64,000 nucleotides of DNA from Macrostomum lignano (lineage: Eukaryota): positions 107,653 to 171,652 of the forward strand of contig NIVC01002186.1 of the NCBI GenBank assembly GCA_002269645.1, given 5' to 3'. The notes beneath the pieces were generated by a model. That model was not told where the DNA came from and did not search any database. It was given only the letters and a program-made list of their open reading frames with translations. Position numbers and translations under genes: made by a program. This document shows, in pieces, positions 63,845 through 64,000 of this stretch (position 1 is its first letter; each line of letters starts with the position of its first letter).

Positions 63845-64000
63845 TATATAAATATTTACTACCTTTGGATAATGTACAAATTCAAAATATCACAACTTTT
63901 AAATAGTAAATAAACAAAATTAAATAAAACAATGCTTTACCCTTTTAAAAACAACTGAAATTTTAGGTTACATATGGTTTAGGATTGGCAAGATAATTTT

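Overview
Eukaryotic (metazoan, invertebrate-type) genomic DNA. Exons are GC3-rich and nearly every long intron holds its own micro/minisatellite. This style resembles free-living flatworms such as Macrostomum (inference only). Hand-splicing supports four host genes: (1) the last two exons of a Rab GDP-dissociation inhibitor (+, 56-947); (2) an intronless coiled-coil gene, possibly ADIP/SSX2IP-like (-, 4579-5613); (3) a ~17-exon RhoGEF2/ARHGEF11-12-type gene with RGS-like, C1, divergent DH and PH domains (+, 11280-36967); (4) a 13-exon neutral ceramidase with a signal peptide, a probable GPI-anchor tail and one frameshift (+, 47904-58594). The most notable element is a complete 3.8-kb DNA transposon (39670-43485). 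It has ~125-bp CAC-initiated TIRs, an exact 5-bp TSD (GGAGA) and an uninterrupted ~710-aa transposase joining a RAG1-N-terminus-like (Chapa) zinc finger to a Chapaev/Transib/RAG1-type DDE core. Also present: a CORE-type SINE, two hAT-like MITEs, a MULE-like MITE with a 9-bp TSD, a 35-bp hairpin insertion with an 8-bp TSD, a coding SQ-rich minisatellite, and satellites that appear seeded on splice sites. Most long ORFs in the supplied track are repeat artefacts. Homology calls are from remembered motifs, not database searches. Repeat boundaries are approximate.
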